From positions 64,001-128,000 of the forward strand of contig CAWJZV010000008.1 of NCBI GenBank assembly GCA_963847445.1: a stretch of DNA of 64,000 bases, in the 5' to 3' direction. Shown one piece after another: positions 1 through 11,683 of the stretch (position 1 is its first letter; every line of letters begins with the position of its first letter). The DNA is from an uncultured delta proteobacterium. GTDB lineage: Bacteria; Desulfobacterota; Binatia; UBA9968. The notes under the pieces are model-generated. The model made no database searches. It was not told the DNA's origin and saw only the letters and a program-made list of their open reading frames with translations. The position numbers and the translations under genes are program-made.

Positions 1-1071
1 GTCCAACATATGTCGACGCTCTACGCCAACGAGCCGCAGGTCAACTTGGCCGAGAAGTTGGCGCAGATCACGCCGGGCCGTTTGGAAAAATCCTTTTTCA
101 CCAACAGCGGCACCGAGGCCAACGAGACCGCGGTATTGCTGGCGCAGATCTATACCAAGTGCCAGGACGTCATCACGTTGCGCCACAGCTATAGCGGTCG
201 ATCGTATTTGGCCTTGAGTTTGTCGGCGCAGTCGAGCTGGCGCTTGATGCCCAACGTGGTTCCCGGCGTGCATCATATCGCCAACGCTTACTGCTATCGC
301 TGTCCGTTCGGTCTGACCTATCCGAGCTGCGATTTGAAGTGCGCCAAGGACGCCGAAGAGGCGATTCAAACCATGACCTCGCAGGGGCGGGTGGCGGCAT
401 TTCTCGCCGAACCGATTCAGGGTGTCGGCGGTTTCATCGTGCCGCCGAAGGAATATTTCAAAGAGATCGTCGGCATCATTCGCAAATACGGCGGCCTGTT
501 CATCGCCGACGAGGTGCAGACCGGCTGGGGGCGCACCGGCGGCAAGATGTTCGGCATCGAGCATTGGGGCGTCGACCCCGACATCATGACCTTCGCCAAG
601 GGCATGGCCAACGGCGTGCCCATCGGCGCGACCATCGCGACACCGGAAGTGGCCGACAGCATGCAGGGCAATACGATCTCGACCTTCGGCGGCAATCCGG
701 TGACCTGCACGGCGGCGCATGCGACGATCAACGTCATCGAAGAGGAAAACTTGGTCGAGAACGCCCGGGTGATGGGCAACCGGTTGCGCGATGGTTTGGA
801 TGCGCTGCAAGCACAAGTATCCGGTGATCGGCGATGTCCGCGGCATGGGCTTGATGCAAGGCATGGAACTGGTCGGCGAGACAGAAGAAGCCCGACGTCG
901 ACAGCACCAAGCGGTTGATGGAATTGACCAAAAACAATGGTCTTCTGCTGGGCAAGGGCGGCACCTACGGCAATGTGCATGCGCGTCGCGCCGTCGTTGA
1001 ACGTCAACCAGGACGAAGTCGATCACGCGCTCAGGGTTTTGGATCAGTCGTTTGGCCAGTTGGGGCAGTAG
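1..1071 (+). CDS. Class III PLP aminotransferase (GabT/AGXT2-like); 5'-truncated by window, C-terminus frameshifted
   Basis: Motifs FTNSGTEANE, AEPIQGVGG, IADEVQTGWGRTG and TFAKG (PLP Lys). C-terminal pieces (GDVRGMGLMQG, GLLLGKGG) lie in other frames; TAG at 1069-1071. Confidence 0.9.
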
Positions 1072-1142
1072 TGATAACGGTTCAACACCAGGAAATCTGT
1101 GAGTGCTGATAAATCTGAGTTACTTGCTAGCTTTCGCCAGAC

Positions 1143-2146
1143 ATGAACAAACTCATTCGCAGAATCCTCGGCGCGATTCCAGTCTTGCTGGCCATTTCTT
1201 TTCTTATTTTTCTCTTGATGCATATTGCGCCGGGCGATCCGGTCACCTTGATGCTCGGCGACAATGCCACACCCGAAGATGTCGCCAGGCTGCGCAACGA
1301 GTTGGGCTTGGATAAGCCGATAATGGTTCAGTACTGGGATTTTCTCTCCCGCGCCGTGCGCGGCGACTTTGGCCGGTCGCTCAAGTTCGGCGAGCCGGTG
1401 ATCAAGTTGGTCGCCGAGCGGCTGCCGGCGACCCTGGAGTTCGCCTTCGCCAGCTTGTTTGTGGCGATTAGATCGCGGTGCCACTGGGCGTCTACTCGGC
1501 CATCAAGCACAATTCGTTGCTCGATCACGCCGGTATGAGCGTCGCGTTAATCGGTGTTTCCTTGCCGAACTTTTGGTTGGGCATTATGCTGATCTACTTT
1601 CTCGGCGGCCAGCTCAACCTTTTGCCGGTCGCCGGCCGCATCGAGTACGGCATCGACGATCCAGTCGATTACCGGCCTTTATCTTGCTCGATAGCTTGAT
1701 AACGGGAAACTTTGCGGCATGGCCAGCGTCGCTCAAGCATTTGCTTGATGCCGGCGTTTACGCTCGGGACCGCGCTCGCGGCGATCGTCACGCGGATTTC
1801 TCGTTCGAGCGTGCTCGAAGTGATGCGCCAGGATTACGTGACCACCGCCCGCGCCAAGGGGCTGAGCGAAAAAACCGTCATCTGGCGCCATATCGTGCGC
1901 AATGCATTGATTACGATCGTGACGATTCTGGGACTTCAGTTGGGCGCGCTTGCTCAGCGGTTCGGTGGTGACCGAAACGGTATTTTCCTATCCCCGGCAT
2001 TGGCGATCTGTTGATTCAGTCGATCTCGGCGCGTGATTATAAGCTTGACGCAGAGTCTTGATTCTTATGTTCGCCGTGACGTACTTCGCGTCAATTTGTT
2101 GGTGGATTTTCTCTATAGTTGGATCGATCCAAGGATCAAGTTCTGA
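1143..2146 (+). CDS. dppB: Peptide/nickel ABC transporter permease, DppB-like (frameshifted)
   Basis: PGDP, GDFGRS, ERLPATLE, SLPNFWLG and the EAA motif DYVTTARAKGLSE are spread over ORFs 1143, 1478 and 1712; ends DPRIKF-TGA overlapping the next ATG. Confidence 0.85.
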
Positions 2147-2986
2147 TGCTCTCTTTTCGTTATTTAAAAATCTGGGTGGGCGGCGCTATCCTGGCGGTGC
2201 TGGTTGTCTGCGGTGTCGCCGCGCCGCTGATCGCGCCGCGCGATCCGCAAGCGCAAACCTTGGAAGATCGCTGCGCCCGCCGCGTTGGACGGAAAACGGC
2301 TTGCAGGCTTATCTGCTCGGTACCGACAATTTGGGCCGCGACATGTTGAGCCGGATCGTCTACGGCTCGCGGATTTCACTGATGGTCGGCGCGGCCACGG
2401 TGATTTTCGCCGGGCTGGTCGGCTGCTACGCTGGGCGCGATCGCTGGCTACTTCGGCAGAATGGCTGATGATATCGTCAGCAAGATCTCGGAAATTTTTC
2501 TCGCCTTTCCGTTTCTACTGATCGCCATCGCAATCATGGCCTTTCTCGGCCAAGGCGTCGGCAATCTCATCATGGCGCTGATGCTCAGCCGCTGGGTGCA
2601 GTATTGCCGGGTGGTGCGCGGTGAAGTGTTATCGTTAAAGGAGCGCGATTTCGTTACGGCGGCAAAGGCGCTGGGCGGCCAGAGATTGTTATGTGCTTTT
2701 TCACCATGTGTTCCCAATACCTTAGCCAGCGTGACGGTGATCGCCACCTTTGGCATGGCCATCGTCATTATCACCGAAGCGAGTTTGAGTTTCCTCGGTC
2801 TCGGCGTGCCGGTGCATATCCCGACCTGGGGCTCGATGCTTGCCGAGGGACGCAGTTACATCAACCGCGCGCCGTGGTTGACGATCTTCCCCGGCCTGGC
2901 GATTTTTATTACCGTATTCGGCATCAATCTTATTGGGCGATGGCTTGAGGGATATTTTCGATCCCAAGCTGCGGCGACAGCGATAG
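2146..2986 (+). CDS. dppC: Peptide/nickel ABC transporter permease, DppC-like (frameshifted)
   Basis: LGTDNLGRDMLSRIVYGSRISL, ERDFVTAAKALG, EASLSFLGLG, PTWGSML. Confidence 0.85.
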
Positions 2987-2996
2987 AAACCGCAGT

Positions 2997-3031
2997 AATG
3001 GAGAATTGATAATTGAAAATGGAAAATGAAG
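2997..3031 (+). repeat. Imperfect heptamer tandem tract (AATGGAG AATTGAT AATTGAA AATGGAA AATGAAG)
   Basis: Five 7-nt units read directly between dppC and the first SBP. Confidence 0.7.
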
Positions 3032-3063
3032 ATTCTCCGGAGGAACAATAATGAACGGCAATC

Positions 3064-4595
3064 ATGAATCGGCGCCAGTTTCTTCAAACAGAGCGCGACA
3101 GTAGCGGCCGGGGCGGCGCGTTGGGCCCTATTTTTTGCGCAATGCTCAGGCCGCGTCGCGCGATCGCGTGACGATTTTTCATTCGAGCGTGGCCGATTCG
3201 ATCCATCCTTATCAACCATAGCTCGAGCCCGATTTACGGCAACTGGCAGCATGTCATCGAGCCGTTGGTCGAGTACGATGTCGGGCGCAAAGATTTCATC
3301 GGCGTGCTTGCCGAGTCGTGGCAATTCCAGGGTAACAAGTGGGTTTTCAAACTGCGCAAAGGCGTCAAATTCCACAACGGCGCGACCTTTACCTCGAAGG
3401 ATGTCGTCTTTTCGATCGACAAGATGCGCGATGAAAAGGGCGGCAGCTTGCAGGCGCCGAACTTCAAGGATGTCACGCGAGATTCAAACCCCGGACGACT
3501 ATACAGTGGTGTTTCGTGACGAAGCAGCCGAATGCGGTGTTCTTGGATCGCTTGGACAATCGTTTCATGGTCAGCAAAGAAGCGGGCGACAAGTTCGGCG
3601 ACAAGCTCTATGAGAATCTCGATCGGCACCGGTCCCTATAAATTCGTCAGCTATCAGCGCGGCGGCAATTTGGTTTTCACCCGCAACGACAATTACTGGG
3701 GCGGCAAGGCGGTGATCAAAGAAGTCATTTTCAAAAAAGTTACCGAAGACGCCGCCCGACTTGCGGCGCTGGAATCGGGCCAAGCGGATTTCATCAACAA
3801 CGTGCCGGACCATGAAGTGGCGCGCCTGAAAAACCATCCGCGCGTGCGCATCGATCAAGTCGAAGGGCTGCGAATGTTTTTTCTGGCGATCAACTTCGCG
3901 TTCAAACCCTGGGACAACAAACTGGTGCGGCAAGCGGCGAATTATGCGGTCGATGCGCCGGCGATCGTTCGCAATATCTTCGACGGCATCGGCTATCCCT
4001 GCAATGGCCCGGTGGGCGCCAACGTGTCTCGGCGCCGATCCCAAACTTAAAGCGCTACCCGTACGATCCGCAAAAAGTCCAAAGAGCTATTGGCGCAAGC
4101 CGGTTATCCCAACGGCTGCGATATTCAGTTTTACTATTCCGCCGGACGTTATCCGAAAGACCGGGAAGTCTGCCAGGTGGTCGCGGCGCAGATGGCTCAA
4201 GGGCGGTTTTCGCGTCGAGCTGATCTCCCAGGAATGGGCGCTGTTCTGGGACAAGCAGGGGGTCAACGGCGGCCGGTTGCCGTTCTACTATATCGGCCGC
4301 GGCAGTTTGGCCGACGCCGACACGCTCTATGATCAATACTTTCGCACCGGCACGACCAAGCGCACTAACTACAGCAATGCCGAACTACGACAAGCTCATC
4401 GAAGAACAGCAGCACACGCCGGACACCAAGAAGCGGGTGCAGATCTGCTACAGCGAGGCCGGCAAGTTCATCATGGACGAGGCGCTGTTCATCCCGCTTT
4501 ACAATCTCGCCGACATTTACGGCGTCGCCAGGAATCTCGATTGGAAAAAGCGCGCCGACGAAAAAGTGAAGGCGTGGGATATGAAGATCAAGTAG
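3064..4595 (+). CDS. ABC family-5 solute-binding protein, Tat signal (frameshifted)
   Basis: MNRRQFL twin-Arg; LAESW, FKLRKGVKFHNG, IGTGPYKF, DNKLVRQA. Confidence 0.85.
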
Positions 4596-4652
4596 GCTGG
4601 CTTGCACGTCGACTGAGTTGAACAATATTGCCGCGACGGCAAAGGGGGAGCG

Positions 4653-6187
4653 ATGAGTCGAACGGAAATATCAGTCGGCGAGAATTTCTCAAACACGGCG
4701 GAGTTGCCGGATTTGCCACATTACTAGGCGGCTCCATGGTCAAGCTGAGCTATGCCGCGAGCCGCGAGCGCTTGACGGCTTTGAGCAGCATCGGTCTCGA
4801 TACGCTCCATCCCTACGCCCATAGCTCGAGCCCGCAGTATGGTATCTGGCACAACATGATCGAGCCGTTGGTCGAGGTCGATTACGCCAAGCAGCATTTA
4901 TTACGGCGTGCTTGCCGAATCCTGGGAGTTTCAGGGCAAGCGTTGGGTGATCAAGCTGCGCAAGAACGTGCGCTTCCATGACAGCAGCCCGTTCACCGCC
5001 AAGGACGTCGTCTACTCGATCAACCGAATGAAGAACGACAAGCAGAGTCTGCAGAAGGAAAACTTTCGCGACTTTGTCGAAGTGCAGGCGGCCGACGATC
5101 ACACCGTGATCATCACCACCGAGCAACCGGTGGTGGTGATGCTCGACCGCCTGCAGAATCGTTTCATTCTCGCCAAGACCGGCATGGAAGCGCAGGGCGA
5201 TCAGGCGGAGTTAAAGCCGGTGGGCACGGGCCCGTACAAATTTCAAAGCTGGCAGCGCGACGGCAATCTGGTCATGGTGCGCAACGACAGCTACTGGGGC
5301 GCCAAACCGTCGATTCGAGAAATAGTTTTGCGCCGTGTGCGCGAGGACTCGGCGCGCGTCGCCGGTCTGCTCGGCCGGTCAGGGCGATGTCGCCAACAAC
5401 GTCCCGGTGGAAGAGCTGTCGCGTTTCGACAATCATCCGCGCATTCGCGCCGAGAAAGTCGAAGGCGTGCGCATGTACTTCCTCGCCATGAACGTGACTC
5501 ATAAGCCGTTCGACAACAAATTGGTCCGCCAGGCGATCAACTACGCTGTCGATCCGACGGTCATTATCAAGCATATTTACGAGGGCAACGGCTACGTCAT
5601 GAACGGGCCGATGGGTGCCAACGTGATCGGCTTCGATCCGAAGATCAAACGCTACCCGTTGGACTCAACAAGGCCAAGGAGCTGTTGACCAAGGCCGGTT
5701 TTCCGAACGGCTTCGAAATCAAGCTCTATTTCTCGCCGGATCGTTATCCGAAAGCGAAAGAAGTCTGTCAGGTGATCGCCGACCAGTTGGCCAAGGTCGG
5801 CATCAAGGCGGAGTTGGTCTCCCAAGAGTTTGTCATCTTCTGGGGTAAAGAAGGCGTCAACGGCGGCAAACTGGGTTTCTACTACGTCGGTCGGCCGGCA
5901 GCGGACGCGGATACGGTGTACGATCAGTACTATCGTTCCGGCGTGAGCCCGCGCATTCAATACAAGAATCCTGAGTTCGACAAGCTGGTTGACGAAGAGC
6001 AGAAAGACCGGCGGATGCCAAAAAAGCGCCTCGCCATGCTGCATCAGCTCGGGACGCATTCTGATGGAAGATGTGCCGTTCTGCCCGCTTTACACGCTTG
6101 GCGGAAATTTATGGCGTCGCGCGCAACATCAACTGGAAAGCCCGTCCGGACGAGAAATTACTTTATGCGGACATGAGGATTCGTTAA
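4653..6187 (+). CDS. ABC family-5 solute-binding protein, Tat signal (frameshifted)
   Basis: SRREFLK; LAESW, KLRKNVRFHD, VGTGPYKF; close paralog of both neighbours. Confidence 0.85.
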
Positions 6188-6198
6188 GAGGTTGCGTG

Positions 6199-7818
6199 AT
6201 GTCTCGAAGCCAGGAGAATCGAGCGATGAAGACAAAACCAATCGCGTTCGATCGCCGCAGATTTCTTAAGTATGGTGTGCTGGCCGGTGTCGGCGCCTTG
6301 GCCAACACCTCTGGCCCGGTTCAAGCTGGTCGGCGATCGAGGGAGCGCTTGACGATCCTCAGCAGCGTCGCCCTCGACAATCTGCATCCCTACGCGTACA
6401 GCTCCGGGCCGCAGTACGGCATCTGGTACAACATGATCGAGCCGCTGGTCGATGTCGATTTCGCCAAGCGCAGTTACTTTGGCGTGCTCGCCGAGTCCTG
6501 GGAGTTTCAGGGCAAAAAGTGGATCTTCAAGCTGCGTAAAAACGTGCGCTTCCACGACGGCGGCCGGTTTACCGCGGCCGACGTGATTTACTCGTTTAAC
6601 CGGGTGAAGAACGACAAGCAGAGCCTGCAGAAAGAAAACTTTCGCGATCTGGTCGAGATGCAAGCGCTTGACGATCATACCATCGCCTTTGTCACCGAAG
6701 CGCCCAATGCGGTGTTTCTCGACCGGCTGGAGAACCGCTTCATCATCAGCAAAAGCGCCACCGAAGCGCAGGGCGGCGAGCCCGGCGAACAGAAGCCGGT
6801 GGGCACAGGACCGTACCGCTTCGTCAGTTGGCAGCGCGAGGGCAATTTCGTCATGACCCGCCATGATAATTATTGGGGCACGAAGGCGGCCGTCAAAGAG
6901 ATCGTCATTCGCCGAGTTCGCGAGGACGCGGGGCGCGTGGCCGGCTTACTGGCCGGGCAGGGCGACGTGATCAACAATGTGCCGGTGGAAGAGCTGTCGC
7001 GTTTCGATAAGCATCCCAGGGTTAAATCGGAAAGGGTCGAAGGCCAGCGGATGTATTTCCTCGCCATGAACGTGACGCACAAACCCTTCGACAATAAATT
7101 GGTACGGCAAGCGATCAACTACGCCGTCGATCCGACGACGATCGTCAAGCATATTTACGAAGGCAACGGTTATGTGATGAACGGGCCGATGGGCTCGAAG
7201 GTGATCGGCTTCGATCCCAAGATCAAACGCTACCCGGTGGATGTGAAGAAGGGCAAAGAACTCCTCGACAAGGCGGGATATCCCAATGGCCTGGAAGTGA
7301 AACTCTACTTTTCGCCGGATCGCTATCCGAAAGCCAAGGAAGTCTGCCAAGTGATCGCCGACCAGCTCGCCAAGATCGGTGTCAAGGTCGAACTGGTATC
7401 GCAGGAGTTCGCGGTGTTTTGGGGCAAAGAGTGGGTCAATGGCGGCAAGTCGCCCTTTTACTACGTCGGCCGGCCAGCCACCGACGCCGACACCGTCTAC
7501 GATCAATACTATCGCTCCGGCGTCAGCCCGCGCATTCAATACAAGAATCCCGAGTTCGATAAAATTATCGACGAGGAGCAGCGCACCGGCGATGCCAAAA
7601 AACGTGTCGCCTTGCTGCATCAGGCCGGGCGCATCTTGATGGAAGACGTTCCGTTCGTGCCGCTCTACACGTTGGCCGAGATTTACGGCACGGCGCGCAA
7701 CGTCGGCTGGAACGCCAGGCCGGATGAGAAGATCCTCGCCGGAACGATGAAGATCCGTTTGACTGTCGCAATGTCGAGCGATTGTTTGGTTTCGATGCTT
7801 GCCCATGCGCGCAAGTGA
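6199..7818 (+). CDS. ABC family-5 solute-binding protein, Tat signal
   Basis: DRRRFLK; near-complete ORF with LAESW, KLRKNVRFHDG, VGTGPYRF. The true stop is probably TGA at ~7762, since the paralogs end MKIK/MRIR. Confidence 0.88.
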   Translation: MSRSQENRAMKTKPIAFDRRRFLKYGVLAGVGALANTSGPVQAGRRSRERLTILSSVALDNLHPYAYSSGPQYGIWYNMIEPLVDVDFAKRSYFGVLAESWEFQGKKWIFKLRKNVRFHDGGRFTAADVIYSFNRVKNDKQSLQKENFRDLVEMQALDDHTIAFVTEAPNAVFLDRLENRFIISKSATEAQGGEPGEQKPVGTGPYRFVSWQREGNFVMTRHDNYWGTKAAVKEIVIRRVREDAGRVAGLLAGQGDVINNVPVEELSRFDKHPRVKSERVEGQRMYFLAMNVTHKPFDNKLVRQAINYAVDPTTIVKHIYEGNGYVMNGPMGSKVIGFDPKIKRYPVDVKKGKELLDKAGYPNGLEVKLYFSPDRYPKAKEVCQVIADQLAKIGVKVELVSQEFAVFWGKEWVNGGKSPFYYVGRPATDADTVYDQYYRSGVSPRIQYKNPEFDKIIDEEQRTGDAKKRVALLHQAGRILMEDVPFVPLYTLAEIYGTARNVGWNARPDEKILAGTMKIRLTVAMSSDCLVSMLAHARK

Positions 7819-7947
7819 ACATTGGCCCATATGGCGTGAGTTCTAAGTACGCCGACGTTCCGACGAGATTGTTTGCCGTGCGCACAAAATTGCACGTTTC
7901 GACAACAACGATTCACAGAAAATTTGAGAATCCTTCGCACCATTCCT

Positions 7948-7963
7948 TGGCATGCCCGTTGCT
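7948..7963 (+). promoter_or_regulatory. Putative sigma-54 (-24/-12) promoter
   Basis: TGGCATGCCCGTTGCT matches TGGCACG-N4-TTGCW with exact GG/GC spacing, directly upstream of an ORF. Confidence 0.6.
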
Positions 7964-7976
7964 CCCTGATTCTCCC

Positions 7977-8521
7977 ATGGCAACAGGGCTTCTCAACGCG
8001 GTACCACCGGCGCCGGCAAGGATGCGCTATGCTTCGACTCTGCGCTGTTTTGGCCAGTTTCTCGAAGGCATGGAACTCAAGGCGCTGGAAGTCAAAACTC
8101 ACAACGACGATTACATCCTGCAGGCGTGGAACAAGGGGACATCGATGACGATGGACCTGGAAAAGCATTTTCACGCCAGACGACGTGCAAAACTCGAGGC
8201 GGAGAAGCGCGCCAATCGCAAGCCGTTTTCCGGCCCGCCCAACATGCTGAGTCTGCCGCAAGTCTTGCGGCTGGCCGGCAACTATGTCGACCGCATACAT
8301 GGACGGCTGGTGCGGGTGTCGTGGCAAGACCAGTCGGACAAGATCCAATCGATCACGGTGCAGTGGGAAGCGAGCCAGGCAGGCCGAGAACAGGCGACTC
8401 ACAATTGTCCGTGATCGAAGAGTTGTGCATTCACATCTACAAGCAGCGCAAGAAAATCAACTTGGCTTCCGAACGCCAAGGCCACCGGCCCTTTGTCAGC
8501 GTCGGCAAGGCGAATCGTTAA
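7977..8521 (+). CDS. Hypothetical protein (frameshifted near 8170 and 8395)
   Basis: ORFs 7782..8414 and 8126..8521 join into MRYASTLRCFGQFLE...LPQVLRLAGNYVD...IEELCIHIYKQRKK, followed by a terminator. Start is 7977 or 8022. Confidence 0.6.
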
Positions 8522-8548
8522 AACTTATTAGCGCAATAATTAGCGTCT

Positions 8549-8583
8549 AAAAAAAAGGGCGACCCAGCGGTCGCCCTTTTTTT
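8549..8583. terminator. Bidirectional intrinsic terminator
   Basis: A8-GGGCGACC-CAGC-GGTCGCCC-T7 between convergent genes. Confidence 0.85.
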
Positions 8584-8610
8584 CGGGCGATCACCGCTCC
8601 GCCACCCCCA

Positions 8611-8633
8611 GGGCGTATGCCATACGCCCCTAC
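8611..8633 (-). repeat. GTAG-family REP-like palindrome
   Basis: Minus strand reads GTAG-GGGCGTATG-G-CATACGCCC, the GTAG-tetranucleotide-plus-hairpin layout of REP elements. Confidence 0.65.
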
Positions 8634-8718
8634 CAAGAGATCGGAACTTTGCGTGCTTTGCGGGAGATATTCCAAGTTTCGGTTGCGGCGATGGCGCGTT
8701 GTATTTGTTGTGCGCTCG

Positions 8719-10364
8719 CTAGGCCTGGTACTTCACTTCACCGCCGACCAAAGTCATCTGCGACCTTCAGTTCTCGAATCTTCTCGGGTTGTACGCGCGA
8801 AGGGGTCCTCGGCCAGGACCGCGATGTCGGCGAGCTTGCCGACTTCGAGGGTGCCCTTGTCATTTTCTTCGAAGCCGACCCATGACGCTGTGGTCGTGTG
8901 CATGGCGAAGGCCTCGGCGACGGTAATCTTTTCTTCGGGAATCCACACTTCGCCCCAGCGCATTTTACGGGACGCAGCGGTGGCGATGTCGCGCAGCGGA
9001 TCCACCGGCCAGTAGCCCGGCGAGTCGGAGCCGCCGGACATGATGACGCCGTTCTTCAACAGCGTGTGGAAGGGAAACGCCTTGGTCAGACGCCGTTCGC
9101 CGACGCAATCGAGAATCGCATCGCCGATGTAATAGGCAAAGGCGATATTCGGCACGGCGACGATGCCTGAGCGGACCATGCGACCGATCAATTTGGGCGT
9201 GGCGAGCCAGTTGCCCATATGTTCGATGCGATGGCGATGATCTTTGCGCGGCGAATGCTCGATGGCGTTCTCATAGGCGTCGAGCGCCATGTCGAAGGCT
9301 TTGTCGCCGATGGCGTGCACGCAGCAGCGCAGGCCGGCGTCATGGCAGACTTGCACGGTGTGGTTCAATTCATCCTGCTGGATTCTGATTATGCCATGAT
9401 TATGCTCGTCGTTTTCATAGGGTTCGTGGAAGCAGGCGTTGCGCCCGGTGATGCCGCCGTCGATGCTCATCTTGACGCCGCCGATGCGCAGCCACTCGTT
9501 GCCGAAGCCGGTGATGAGGCCCAGCTCGGTCAAGCTTTTGCTTTCGATCATCGATTCGATGACGCGCGGCAGGATGCTCACCCGGGCGTTCATGCGGCCT
9601 TCTTTATATAGTTCTTGGTAAGCGCGCACCGGTTCGGCGTAGCGGACGATGTCATGCACGGTGGTGACGCCGCGTTCGAGACATTGGTTCAGGGCGTAGA
9701 CGATGCCTTCTTTTAGCTGCAGGTAGTTAAACTCCGGCGCGACCTTTTTGAGAATCAACTGCGCCCGCTCATGGAGCTCGCCGGTGGGTTCGCCGGTCTG
9801 CGGATCATGTTTGATATGGCCGCCGGCGGGATCAGGCGTGTCACGGGTGATTTTCGCTGCTGCCAGGGCCAGAGAGTTGCCGATCGTCACATGGGCGCCG
9901 AAGGAGATCGACATCGGATGATCCGGCACGGCGCGGTCGAGGTCATGCTTGTCGGGGAAACGATGGTCACTGATGCGGAAGTCCTGCATCGGGCTGCCAT
10001 GAGAGACCAGCCAGGATCCCTTGGGCGCGCTGGCGGCGGCATTGGCCAGGCGCTGCAAGATATCCGACACCGAATTTACATCGACATAGAAGTCGCGGCA
10101 GTCGACCAGCTCCATCTCAGCCGTGCCTTTTTCCGATAGATGCACATGGGTGTCGGTGAGGCCGGGAATCGCCGTGTATCCCTTGAGATCGATCATCTCG
10201 GTGTCGGGCCCGGCGAAACGGCGAATATCCTCGAATTTTCCCGTCGCGACGATTCGCGATCCCGAGCAAGCGAGGGCTTCGCAGGTCGAGGTCTCGGTCT
10301 GGAAAGTGCGGATCTTGCCGTTGAAAAGAATTGCATTGGGATAAGGCAGCGGTCGGGATTTCAT
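8719..10364 (-). CDS. Amidohydrolase family 3 (YtcJ-like)
   Basis: PGLTDTHVH, GVKMSIDGG, HAIGDKA, RHRIEH, GGSDSP, KGTLEVGKLAD; true C-terminus MTLVGGEVKYQA follows a terminal frameshift. Confidence 0.9.
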
Positions 10365-10405
10365 TGGATGACTCCTTAAATCAAATTGCTTGGCGTTGAT
10401 GGCGG

Positions 10406-11462
10406 CTATCTTCTTTGTCCGAACAGTCGGCGGATCAACTGTTCCCATTGGCCGTATTTAGTTTCCAACTCCTCGATGGAATATTTCTCGTCGAGATAAC
10501 TCTTTTTGAAGCGTTGTTCCACCGTGCCGATATCGTCGCGCGGCGACCACAGGCCGCCCTTCATAATCACCTGCTGGCCTTCCTTGGAATGGATGTAGTC
10601 GAGCAGCAGCATGGCGCCATGGGGATTGGGCGATTTGATCGAAAGGCTCGAGTAGCCGACGTTGGTGACCACCGGTTCCAACGGGCGCCATTCTATCGGC
10701 GCGCCTTTCTGTTTATGAACGCTGACGTTGGCGTCGAAAATGGTCGGCGACAGTGGCACTTCTCCGGTGACGACTAAGCCGGATAAAGCGGCGCCGGACA
10801 TATCCTGCAAGCGTATATCCTGCTCGGCCAATTTTTCGACGAACTCGCGCCCCATGGCGTCCAGGGCGTTGCCGATCCAGCGCGTCCCCGAGGAGCTGGT
10901 CACCAAAGACATCTTGCCTTTCCATTTGGGATTGAGCAGATCGCGCAGAGTTTTAGGTGCTTCGGCCTGGGCAATGAGATTGGTGTTAAAGCCCAAGCCG
11001 ATGTATGTCTCACGGTCGCCGACATAGTGAAAACCGTTTTTGCCTTTCGACTTTACATCGTCAGGAAAAAAACGCGCCTCGGGCGAGTAGTATTCTTGCA
11101 GCAGGCCGTCGCGCTTGAGAATGCCCATCGCTTCCGGCGTGGTTTCGACGACATCGACGAGACTCCGGCTCGCTTTGGCTTCATCGGTCACGCGCTGCAA
11201 GAGATTCTTCGAATCATTGCGCCACTCGGCAACTTTGATGAACGGGTATTTCTTTTCGAAATCCTTGACGAAGGTGCGAAACCAGGTATGCGAGTTGTAG
11301 AAGGTGACCTGGCCCTCGCGCTTGGCGCCCTGCGACGAGAATCTTTTCGCGGTCGGCGCCTTGATAGAGGGCAATCTGCGCGACCGTAGTTGGCGCGCTG
11401 GCGGCAAAACTGTTTGTTGCCAACAAAACGACAATTACCGCTAACAATGATTTGCTCGTCAT
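10406..11462 (-). CDS. FbpA/AfuA-like extracellular solute-binding protein (frameshift near N-terminus)
   Basis: Signal peptide; AKREGQVTFY, DLLNPKWKGK, GEVPLSPTIF, PNPHGAMLLLDY, SKEGQ. Confidence 0.85.
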
Positions 11463-11683
11463 GGGTTTGATTCTCTTCGCAGAGTAGGTGGCCGATGCTA
11501 TGAGCGAAGCTTCGTCTTGTCAATAGCGCTCGTGTGACTTGCCTCTGCATTTGTCAGCGATACTCAAAGGTTTTAGGCCTGTTGAAAATGATTAAAGCGC
11601 CGCGGCACGGCACAGGACGAGGAGACCCAACCGGTCAAGTCTGGAGTTAGCGAAACGGGGCGGGAGCTTTATACGATGTAAGC

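Noticed and set aside
1143-6187. Programmed frameshifting or phase variation in the dpp genes
   Set aside because: Breaks are numerous, scattered and not at consistent slippery or repeat tracts; sequencing error is simpler.
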